From an uncultured Eubacteriales bacterium (GTDB taxonomy: Bacteria; Bacillota; Clostridia; Christensenellales; Aristaeellaceae), in the NCBI GenBank assembly GCA_902796115.1, contig CADBNX010000217.1, forward strand, positions 1-39,513: a stretch of DNA of 39,513 bases, read 5' to 3'. The notes under the pieces were generated by a model. It searched no databases. It saw only the letters and a list, made by a program, of their open reading frames with translations, and was not told the origin of the DNA. Made by a program: the position numbers and the translations under genes. Shown in pieces: positions 7,501 to 15,060 of the stretch. Every line of letters begins with the position of its first letter. Positions within the stretch are counted from its first letter, which is position 1.

Positions 7501-9177
7501 ATGAGCAAAAAGTATGAAGACATGCGTTCCTGCTGGGAATTCGGCGAGGCGAGCGAATGCCGCCGCGGCCTGATGCTGGGCATGGGCTACAGCGAGGAAG
7601 AACTGCACCGTCCGCTGATCGCGGTGGTGGACTCCTGGAATGAATACAATCCGGGCCATGTGCACCTGAACCAGCTGGCGGAGCGGGTCAAACAGGGCAT
7701 CCGCGAAGCGGGCGGCCTGCCGCTGGAAGTGATGACGACGGCCATCTGCGACGGCATGGTGCTGAAGGATCCGAAATACATCGAGATCCCGTCCCGGAAC
7801 TCGATCGCCGATCAGGTGGAGCTGACCGTGGACGGCAATTTCTTTGACGGTATGGTGCTGCTGTCCACCTGCGATTCCATCGTGCCGGGCCATCTGATGG
7901 GCGCGGCCAGACTGGACATCCCGGCCATCGTGGTGACGGGCGGCTACATGCCGCTGGGTACCTTCCGCGGAAAGGAAGTCGTGCATATCCGCGCGCAGGA
8001 CAAGGTGGGCGCGATGGCGGAGGGCAAGATCGATCCGGATCTGTACAACGGCCTGATTTCCCATTCCTGGGGTATCTGCGGCGGCTGCACCTCGATGACC
8101 ACCGCCAACTCCATGTGCATGATGGCGGAAGCGATGGGCATGACGCTGCCCGGAAACTCCTCCATGTCGGCTGTGTCCAGCGAGATCCGCAACCTGTCCT
8201 ATCAGGCGGGCAAGCGGATCATGGAAATGGTGCGCGAGGGCGTCACGGCAAGGCAGATCATCACGCCGGAATCCATCCGCAACGCGATCGCGGTGGATAT
8301 GGCCGTGGCAGGTTCTTCCAACCTGATCCTGCACCTGCCCGCGATCGCCAACGAAGCCGGATATGACGAGCCCTGGTGGAAAGTATTCGATGAAATGAGC
8401 AATTCCGTGCCGCTGCTGAGCCACCTGATGCCGGGCGGCGAGTATTCCGTGAAGGATTTCGACCTCGCGGGCGGCATGCCGGCCCTGATGAAGGAGCTTC
8501 TGCCCCGTCTCAACGGCGACTGCATGACCGTAAACGGGCACACGGTGCGCGAGAACGTCGAAAACGCGGTGGTCTACGATCACGACGTGATCCGTTCCCT
8601 GGACAATCCCGTGATGACGGAACCGGGCCTTGGCGTGCTCTACGGCAGCCTGGCTCCGGAAGGATCCATCATCAAGATCGCCGCCGTGCCGGAAACGCTG
8701 ATGCGCTTCAAGGGACCGGCGCGGGTGTTCGATTCACTCCAGGACGCGCTGGACGCGCTGCGCGCCGGGAAGATCCATGAGGGCGACGCCTGCGTGCTGC
8801 GCTTCATGGGCCTGAAGGGAAGGTTCGGCACCACGGCGTTCACCTTCCAGGAAGAACTCAAGGGACAGCCGCTGCTGTACAATTCCTGCGCGGTCATCAC
8901 CGACGGACGCTTCTCCGGCGGCACGAGCGGCCTGAGCGTGGGCTACGTCAGCCCCGAAGCAGCGCTGGGCAGCCCGCTGGCCGTGGTGAAGGAAGGCGAT
9001 GAGATCGCCATCGACATTCCGGCAAGGCGCATCGACCTGTGCATTTCCGATGAGGAAATGAAGAAGCGCCTGGACGCCTTCAGCTGGGAGTTCCCGGGCA
9101 AGGATTACCAGCGCTACCTGCGCCTCTTCTCGCAGAACGTCGGATCCATGGCAAAGGGCGGAATCTGGCATGTCTGA
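7501..9177 (+). CDS. IlvD/Edd-family dehydratase (sugar-acid or dihydroxy-acid dehydratase-like)
   Basis: 558 aa. Family motifs: LSTCDSIVPGHLMGAARLDIPAIVVTGG, CGGCTSMTTANSM, and TDGRFSGGTSGLSVGYVSPEA. The RBS is AAAAGGAGAG upstream. No ilv genes are nearby. Confidence 0.85.
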   Translation: MSKKYEDMRSCWEFGEASECRRGLMLGMGYSEEELHRPLIAVVDSWNEYNPGHVHLNQLAERVKQGIREAGGLPLEVMTTAICDGMVLKDPKYIEIPSRNSIADQVELTVDGNFFDGMVLLSTCDSIVPGHLMGAARLDIPAIVVTGGYMPLGTFRGKEVVHIRAQDKVGAMAEGKIDPDLYNGLISHSWGICGGCTSMTTANSMCMMAEAMGMTLPGNSSMSAVSSEIRNLSYQAGKRIMEMVREGVTARQIITPESIRNAIAVDMAVAGSSNLILHLPAIANEAGYDEPWWKVFDEMSNSVPLLSHLMPGGEYSVKDFDLAGGMPALMKELLPRLNGDCMTVNGHTVRENVENAVVYDHDVIRSLDNPVMTEPGLGVLYGSLAPEGSIIKIAAVPETLMRFKGPARVFDSLQDALDALRAGKIHEGDACVLRFMGLKGRFGTTAFTFQEELKGQPLLYNSCAVITDGRFSGGTSGLSVGYVSPEAALGSPLAVVKEGDEIAIDIPARRIDLCISDEEMKKRLDAFSWEFPGKDYQRYLRLFSQNVGSMAKGGIWHV

Positions 9178-10747
9178 CGGCTGCGACGTACTGATCCTGG
9201 GCGGGGGGCTGGCCGGCTGGTCAGCCGCCCTCGCCGCCGCGGAGCGGGGCGCCAGCGTGACCCTGACCGAGGACGGCATGGGCGCGTCTCCCTGGGTGCA
9301 CGGGTTTAACGCGCCCTGCGTGCGTGAAGGGGACAGCCCCGAAGTGTTTCTGAAGGATACGCTTGCCTCCGCGCAGGGCCAGAGCATGAGGGAACTGGAC
9401 GAAGCGCTGTGCGCCGACGCGCCCCGGGTATTCCGTTCCCTGCTGGAGATCGGGCTTCCCTTCAACCGCGACGGAGAATGCTATGAGGCGATCCGCCCGC
9501 TGGGCTCGAGCTTTGCCAGGGTCGTTTCCGTGGGAAACGAAACGGGGCCCGCGATCCTGAACGCGTACCGGGAAAAACTGAAGGGAAAGGTGCGGGTGAT
9601 CCCGCACGCGCGCGCGCTGAAAATGGATGTGAGGGACGGTGTGTGCCGCGGCGCGCTCATCCATGACGGCGCATTTCATCGGATCGCCGCGAAGAGCACC
9701 GTTCTGTGCTGCGGCGGGTTCTGCGGCATATTCGCCTTTACCGACAACAAGCGCGATTCCGGGGGAGACGGCATCGCGATGGCGTATGAGGCCGGGTGCC
9801 GCCTGCGCGACCTGGAAATGATCCAGTTTGAGCCCAGCGGCGCCGTATGGCCTGAGGCACTCATCGGCACCGCGATGATCACCACGCTCTTTTATTCCGG
9901 CGCGGTGCTGCGCAACGCCGCGGGCGAGCGATTCATGCTGCGCTGCGGTCCGCAGGCGGAGCAGGTGGGCAAGGCCGTGATGGCGCGCTGCATCTGCCGG
10001 GAGATCCTGGCAGGCAGGGGCGGGCCCCACGGCGGCGTATACATGGACCTGACCGGGGTGGACGGAAAGCTTCTTGACGAAAAATATCCAATGTATGTGG
10101 AACGCTACCGGAACGTCGGCATCGATCTGAAAAAGGAATGGATCGAGCTGGCTCCGATCGCGCATACGGCACTGGGCGGCGTCACGATCGACGCGAACGG
10201 ACAAACCGACGTGGAAGGACTGTTCGCGGCGGGCGAGGTGACCGGCGGCGTGCACGGCGCGAACCGGCTCGGAGGCAGCGGCGGGCTTGAGCCCCTGGTA
10301 TTCGGGAAACGGGCGGGGACAAGCGCCGCGAAGCGGGCCGAAAACGTGCGGGCGCCTGTTCTTGCGGAGCCTGTTCCGGCGGAGGCGGAAGGAATGGAAA
10401 ACAGCCTGGACGCCATCCGGAGGGAAATGAAAAAACAGATTAACGAAGGGCTTGCCGTGATCCGGACGGAAGAGGGCATGCGCGCGGCATTGCGGAAACT
10501 GAAGGAACTGACCGAAGAAACCGACCGGCTGAAAGCCGGGGACGGCGCCGAATCGCCTTTCAGGCTGCGGCTGAAAAATGATCTTCTCTGCGGTACGCTG
10601 GCCCTGACGGCGGCGCTCGCGCGGGAAGACAGCGTCGGATGCCATCAGCGCGCGGACCGTCCGGACGCTCCGAAAATGAAATACACGGTTACGGTGAGAC
10701 GGGGAAAAGACGGCGAAGCCGTAACGGAAAGGAACCCTGTGGGATGA
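9170..10747 (+). CDS. FAD-dependent oxidoreductase, L-aspartate oxidase/fumarate reductase flavoprotein-like
   Basis: N-terminal DVLILGGGLAGWSAALAAAE dinucleotide fold. C-terminal GLFAAGEVTGGVHGANRLGGSG matches the NadB/SdhA/FrdA signature. Its start overlaps the dehydratase stop by 8 nt. Confidence 0.8.
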   Translation: MSDGCDVLILGGGLAGWSAALAAAERGASVTLTEDGMGASPWVHGFNAPCVREGDSPEVFLKDTLASAQGQSMRELDEALCADAPRVFRSLLEIGLPFNRDGECYEAIRPLGSSFARVVSVGNETGPAILNAYREKLKGKVRVIPHARALKMDVRDGVCRGALIHDGAFHRIAAKSTVLCCGGFCGIFAFTDNKRDSGGDGIAMAYEAGCRLRDLEMIQFEPSGAVWPEALIGTAMITTLFYSGAVLRNAAGERFMLRCGPQAEQVGKAVMARCICREILAGRGGPHGGVYMDLTGVDGKLLDEKYPMYVERYRNVGIDLKKEWIELAPIAHTALGGVTIDANGQTDVEGLFAAGEVTGGVHGANRLGGSGGLEPLVFGKRAGTSAAKRAENVRAPVLAEPVPAEAEGMENSLDAIRREMKKQINEGLAVIRTEEGMRAALRKLKELTEETDRLKAGDGAESPFRLRLKNDLLCGTLALTAALAREDSVGCHQRADRPDAPKMKYTVTVRRGKDGEAVTERNPVG

Positions 10748-12249
10748 AAAAGGTATTTGTGCTGCAGAACCGGTATATGGATTCCGTGATGCTGATGGGG
10801 ATCGCCCTGAAGCTGGAGGAAAAACCGGAGATCAGGGACGCCGCGTGCGGAATGGGAACGCCGGCGAATATGGATTCCCTGCGGGACGACGGCTATACGC
10901 TGCCGGAAGGCATCACCAAGAACGATCTGATGATCGCGCTGGAGACCGAAACCGAAGCGGAACTGAAAGGGGCGTATGACGCCGCGCTGGAAATGATGAG
11001 CGGAAGCGGAGACCGGAAGGAAACGTACCGCGACGTATCGGAGCTTCCCGAGGGCGAATGGGACGTGGTGCAGATCTCCATCCCCGGAGAGTTTGCCGTG
11101 AAGGAAGCGAAGAAGGCCATTGACCGTCATATGGATGTGTTCATGTTCACGGCGGACATTTCGCTGGAGGAAGAGCGGGAACTGAAGGAATACGGACGGG
11201 ACCGCGGATGCCTGGTGATGGGACCGGACGCCGGCGTGGGACTGCTCGGCGGGGTCGCGATGGCGGCAGGCTCCATTGTCCGTTTCGGGCCTATCGGCAT
11301 CATCGGTGCTTCCGGCTCCGGCTCCCAGGAAGTGGCCTGCCTGATCGAGGAAATGGGCAGCGGCGTCACCTGCATCCTGGGCACGGGCGGACGCGATCTG
11401 AAAAAGACCGTGGGCGGCGTTTCCATGAAAGCGGATATGAAGCGGCTGGAGAAGGACGCGGATACGAAGCTCATCTGCCTGGTATCGATGCTGGCGGATC
11501 AGGAAATCATGGAAGAGGTGCTCAAAGAGGCGGATAAGCTGACCAAGCCGGTCGTGGCGGTGTTCCTGGGCGCGGATGAAAAGCTGTACGCGGGACACCG
11601 GGTCACCGGCGCGTTCAACCTGCAGGACGCCGCGAAGGCCTGCGTGCGCATCCTGAACGGAGAGGAAGCGAAGATCGGCTGGACGGAGGAAGAATCCGAC
11701 GCCATCGCCGCGCGCTGCGCACAGAAGTTTACGGGGCAGAAGAAGTATTTCCGCGGGCTGTATACGGGCGGCACTTTTGCCGAGGAAACCCTGATGGTAT
11801 TCCGTTCCCAGGCGCCCGAAATCGAGATGCACACGAACCGCGACAACACCAAATACGCGACGCGGCTCAAAACCCACAAGCAGAGCGAGGAACATACCCT
11901 GCTGGATATGGGCGATCTGGACTTCACCGCGGAAGCGCCGCATACGGTATTTGACCCGGCGCAGCGTCTGGCACGGTTCCGTCAGGAACTGGCGGACCCG
12001 GAAGTCGGACTGATCGCGATGGACATCATCCTCGGCCCCGGCGTGGCGCCGGATCCCGCTACCTGCTATATCGAGGATATGAAAGCAAGGCCGGATGTGA
12101 ACTTCATCTGCGCGGTGTGCGGAGGCGAAGGGGATCCGCAGAACAAGCGGGCGATCCAGAAAAAACTGCGTGAAGCGGGCGTGATCGTGGCGGACAGCAA
12201 TTATGAGAGCGCGAAACTGAGCGCAAAGATCCTGCGCAGGCTGCGCTGA
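10744..12249 (+). CDS. fdrA: FdrA (AllF-like; succinyl-CoA-synthetase-alpha-like) protein
   Basis: MKKVFVLQNRYMDSVMLMGIALKL...CGMGTPANMDSL closely follows the E. coli FdrA N-terminus as I recall it. CoA-ligase-like G-rich segments (IGIIGASGSG) are present. The ATG overlaps the upstream stop (ATGA). The track start at 10639 is an upstream extension. Confidence 0.85.
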   Translation: MKKVFVLQNRYMDSVMLMGIALKLEEKPEIRDAACGMGTPANMDSLRDDGYTLPEGITKNDLMIALETETEAELKGAYDAALEMMSGSGDRKETYRDVSELPEGEWDVVQISIPGEFAVKEAKKAIDRHMDVFMFTADISLEEERELKEYGRDRGCLVMGPDAGVGLLGGVAMAAGSIVRFGPIGIIGASGSGSQEVACLIEEMGSGVTCILGTGGRDLKKTVGGVSMKADMKRLEKDADTKLICLVSMLADQEIMEEVLKEADKLTKPVVAVFLGADEKLYAGHRVTGAFNLQDAAKACVRILNGEEAKIGWTEEESDAIAARCAQKFTGQKKYFRGLYTGGTFAEETLMVFRSQAPEIEMHTNRDNTKYATRLKTHKQSEEHTLLDMGDLDFTAEAPHTVFDPAQRLARFRQELADPEVGLIAMDIILGPGVAPDPATCYIEDMKARPDVNFICAVCGGEGDPQNKRAIQKKLREAGVIVADSNYESAKLSAKILRRLR

Positions 12250-12262
12250 GGAGGAAAAGACG

Positions 12263-12442
12263 ATGGAAGCGACGAAAGAAAAGGACGGCATTTACAAATC
12301 CAAGCCGAGAGTAGCCAATCTGGGGATCATGCTGTTCTACAACGCGCTGGAGCAGCAGGACTGCAAATGCACGCAGATCGAATGGACGCCGCCCTTCAAA
12401 CAGTCGGAAGAAATGGAAGAGCTGCTGGACGAATTCCTGTGA
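12263..12442 (+). CDS. small hypothetical protein (59 aa) between fdrA and the DUF1116 gene
   Basis: Below the ORF-track size cutoff. The ATG lies 8 nt after GGAGGA. Translation: MEATKEKDGIYKSKPRVANLGIMLFYNALEQQDCKCTQIEWTPPFKQSEEMEELLDEFL. Its composition is protein-like, unlike the R/A/G/P-rich shadow ORFs. It fills the gap exactly, and the next RBS (GGGAGG) follows its stop. Confidence 0.5.
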   Translation: MEATKEKDGIYKSKPRVANLGIMLFYNALEQQDCKCTQIEWTPPFKQSEEMEELLDEFL

Positions 12443-12461
12443 GCATGGGAGGAACCGGAAA

Positions 12462-13715
12462 ATGGATATCAAGGAAAAAATCAGGCTTGCCAACGAACAG
12501 GCGGCCGCGTGCCTGACGGAAAACGATCCGTACTGGGTGGATATCAGACCGGCGGGAGAATGCGTGGACGGTCTGGAGGATCATATGATCCTGCATTCGG
12601 GTCCGCCGATCGATTATGAGGATATGGTCATGCTGCACCAGCGCGGCATGGTGAGCGCCATGCTGTTTGAAGGCTGGGCAAAGGATGAGAAGGAAGCGGT
12701 GGAGATCATCCGGTCGGGCGAGATCAAAATCGACTCCGCGCTGAATCACAATACCGTAGGCGCGGGAACCGGGATCATCACCAAATCGGTCGCGATGAAC
12801 GTGGTGGAGGATCGGCGCAACCATACCACAGCCGCGACCTTCCCCGCGGAAGGCCCCTTCCAGGGCGGGTTCTGCGGATGGGGACTGTATTCGAAGGAAA
12901 TCGCGGAGAACCTGCGCTATATGCGCGAGGTGCTGTTCCCCCCGATGCGTGAGATGCTCGCGAAAAACGGCGGCGTCGCGATCAAGCCGATCCTGGCGGA
13001 ATCCATGCAGATGGGCGACGAGAACCACACCCGCCAGACCGCGTCCGATCTGCTGTTTGACAAGCTGGTGCTGCCGCAGCTTTTCGAACTGGATCTGCCG
13101 AAGGAGCAGATCATGCGCACCGTGAAGTACATCGTGGAAACCCCGCGTTTCTTCCACTGCTACGGACAGGGCGCGTCCAGGGCCAGCGCCATCGCGGCGG
13201 ACGGAATCGAGTATTCCACAATGGTAACGGCGGCGGCCGGAAACGGCGTGGAGTTCGGCATCAAGGTGGCAGGCCTGCCCGGACAGTGGTTCACAGCCCC
13301 GGCACCGATGATGCAGGGAAGATACACGAACCCGAAATACACCATCAGGGATCAGCTTCCCTGGATCGGGGACAGCTGCGTGGTGGAGTGCGCGGGCATG
13401 GGCGGCCTTGCCGCGGCGGCAAGCCCCATCGTATGCAGCCTGCGGGGCATGAGCATGAAGGAAGCGCTGGCACAGACCCGCGAGATGACCAATATCTGCA
13501 TCACGCGCAACGCGAATTACATGATCCCGAACCTGGATTATGAGGCGCTTCCCTCCGGCATCGATATCCGTCTGGTGCTGAAAACCGGGATCTGCCCCTG
13601 CATTCACGGCGGTATGTTCAATTATGAAGGCGGACTGATCGGCGCCGGGATGGCACGCATCCCGATGGAGTGTTTCCAGAAGGCCATGAAAGCCTTCGCA
13701 GCGAAATACAGGTAA
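12462..13715 (+). CDS. DUF1116 protein (YlbE/AllG-like)
   Basis: 417 aa, full length. ...HSGPPIDYEDM...MLFEGWAKDEKEA... resembles YlbE as I recall it. It follows fdrA, as in the E. coli fdrA-ylbE-ylbF cluster. Confidence 0.75.
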   Translation: MDIKEKIRLANEQAAACLTENDPYWVDIRPAGECVDGLEDHMILHSGPPIDYEDMVMLHQRGMVSAMLFEGWAKDEKEAVEIIRSGEIKIDSALNHNTVGAGTGIITKSVAMNVVEDRRNHTTAATFPAEGPFQGGFCGWGLYSKEIAENLRYMREVLFPPMREMLAKNGGVAIKPILAESMQMGDENHTRQTASDLLFDKLVLPQLFELDLPKEQIMRTVKYIVETPRFFHCYGQGASRASAIAADGIEYSTMVTAAAGNGVEFGIKVAGLPGQWFTAPAPMMQGRYTNPKYTIRDQLPWIGDSCVVECAGMGGLAAAASPIVCSLRGMSMKEALAQTREMTNICITRNANYMIPNLDYEALPSGIDIRLVLKTGICPCIHGGMFNYEGGLIGAGMARIPMECFQKAMKAFAAKYR

Positions 13716-13726
13716 CTGTTTACGGA

Positions 13727-13803
13727 GTACGCAGGCGGGAGTACGCGGAGGTACGGGGTACCCGCCCGCGGTACCTGTACACGGCCATGCCGTGTACAGG
13801 TAC
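13727..13803. repeat. GTAC-rich structured intergenic element ending in a perfect 15-bp-arm palindrome
   Basis: Eight GTAC tetramers lie within 77 nt. A GGCGGG...CCCGCC stem spans 13734-13766. A perfect palindrome GTACCTGTACACGGC-cat-GCCGTGTACAGGTAC spans 13771-13803. No U-tract follows on either strand. Confidence 0.7.
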
Positions 13804-13821
13804 AAATACAGATAAAGGATT

Positions 13822-15000
13822 GTGATCGGCTTGTACAGCATTCTTGTGATGAACCTCGGCTCTACGAGCTTCAAATTCAAGCTGTTTGAAATGGGGGACA
13901 CCGAAAAGTGCCTCGGTACGGGCGGCGTGGAGAACATCGGCGCGGAAGGCGCCGTCAAGGTCAGCGCGGATGCGGGCACCTACCGGGGAAAAGGATTGTT
14001 CCGGGACCATGTGGAAGCCATGCAGGAGTGCCTGAAGCGGCTTGAAGGACTCGGAGTGTCCGTCAGGATGGAAACGCTGGACGCGGTGGGGTATAAAGCC
14101 GTGCACGGCGGCAGCATATCCGGGAGCCGGATCGTCGATGAGGAAGTGCTCTCCGAAATGGAAAAAATGGTGCCGTTCGCTCCCGCGCATAATCCCGTGT
14201 ACCTGGCTATGATGCGGAAAATGCGCGAACGTTATCCGAACCTGACGCAGATCGCCTGTTTTGAAACCGCGTTCCACGCCACGATTCCGATGAAGAGGGC
14301 CGTATACGGCGTGCCGGCGGAATGGGCAAAGGAAGGCATCCGCAGGTTCGGCTTCCATGGCTCCAGCCACTCCTACATTGCGTGGAAAATGGCGCGGCTT
14401 TCGCCCGAAAGCCGGAGACTGATCAGCGTCCATCTGGGCGGATCTTCCTCGATGTGCGCGATCCTGGACGGAAAGAGCATTGCCGCGACCATGGGAGCGA
14501 CGCCGCAGAGCGGCCTGTTCCACAACAACCGCGTGGGAGATTTTGACGTGTTCTGCCTGCCGTATCTGACGGAAAAGTACGGCTCACAGGAAGCGGCACT
14601 CAGGCAGCTGTCTTCGCAGAGCGGATTCCTGGGCCTTTCCGGGGTCAGCAACGACATGCGCGACGTGGAAGAGGCGGCGGAGAAGGGAAACGCACAGGCA
14701 CAGCTTGCCCTGGAAGCGTACGCGGACAATATCACGGGTTACATCGGGATGTATACCGCGTATCTCGGCGGACTGGACGCGATCTGCTTCACGGGCGGGA
14801 TCGGCATGAACGACGCGTGGCTGCGCGCGAAAGTGGCGGAAAGCCTGTCCTTTATGGACGTCCGCCTGTGCGCGGAGAAAAATGTCCGCGGGTTTGAGGG
14901 AAAAATCAGCGCCGACGACAGCAAGGTGGAAGTGTGGTCGCTGGAAACCAACGAGGAACTGATGGTGGCGCGCGGATGCGTATCGGCGCTGAAACAGTAA
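13822..15000 (+). CDS. acetate/propionate-kinase-family (ASKHA) protein, divergent
   Basis: ILVMNLGSTSFKF (acetate kinase signature 1), RRFGFHGSSHSY, VHLGGSSS, FTGGIGMND, and TNEELMVARG. GTG start at 13822 after AAAGGA. Hallmark positions deviate (GYKAVHGG, FETAFH); see findings. Confidence 0.8.
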   Translation: MIGLYSILVMNLGSTSFKFKLFEMGDTEKCLGTGGVENIGAEGAVKVSADAGTYRGKGLFRDHVEAMQECLKRLEGLGVSVRMETLDAVGYKAVHGGSISGSRIVDEEVLSEMEKMVPFAPAHNPVYLAMMRKMRERYPNLTQIACFETAFHATIPMKRAVYGVPAEWAKEGIRRFGFHGSSHSYIAWKMARLSPESRRLISVHLGGSSSMCAILDGKSIAATMGATPQSGLFHNNRVGDFDVFCLPYLTEKYGSQEAALRQLSSQSGFLGLSGVSNDMRDVEEAAEKGNAQAQLALEAYADNITGYIGMYTAYLGGLDAICFTGGIGMNDAWLRAKVAESLSFMDVRLCAEKNVRGFEGKISADDSKVEVWSLETNEELMVARGCVSALKQ

Positions 15001-15034
15001 ACCTGAACAGACAAACGGAATGCCCCGCATGCCT

Positions 15035-15060
15035 GACGCCCGCCATGAGAGGCGGGCGTC
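15035..15060 (+). promoter_or_regulatory. perfect 10-bp stem-loop between the kinase gene and the DUF2877 gene
   Basis: GACGCCCGCC-atgaga-GGCGGGCGTC. The loop begins with the first in-frame ATG (15045) downstream of the kinase stop. There is no adjacent U-tract. Confidence 0.6.

Noticed and set aside
7501-9177. Calling this gene housekeeping ilvD.
   Set aside because: There are no ilv or leu neighbours. The gene is embedded in a catabolic-looking operon. The CDK and GH motifs are altered. I therefore kept it at family level only.
10645-12291. Very long ORFs antisense to clear genes. Examples: 10645-12291(-) 548 aa, 12396-13979(-) 527 aa, 9221-10645(-) 474 aa, 7402-8583(-) 393 aa, 22748-24097(+) 449 aa, 25426-27315(+) 629 aa, 27911-29500(+) 529 aa, 31582-33264(+) 560 aa, 19051-21012(+) 653 aa.
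   Set aside because: Their translations are R/A/G/P/H-rich low-information strings with no family motifs and no RBS context. In every case the opposite strand encodes a protein with unmistakable family signatures. This is the expected stop-codon depletion in the antisense frames of GC-rich DNA.
13716-13821. The LYLYLYLY repeat in antisense ORF 12396-13979, which hints at a repetitive peptide.
   Set aside because: It is simply the translation of the GTAC-rich palindromic spacer in a non-coding frame. It is reported as a DNA/RNA element instead.
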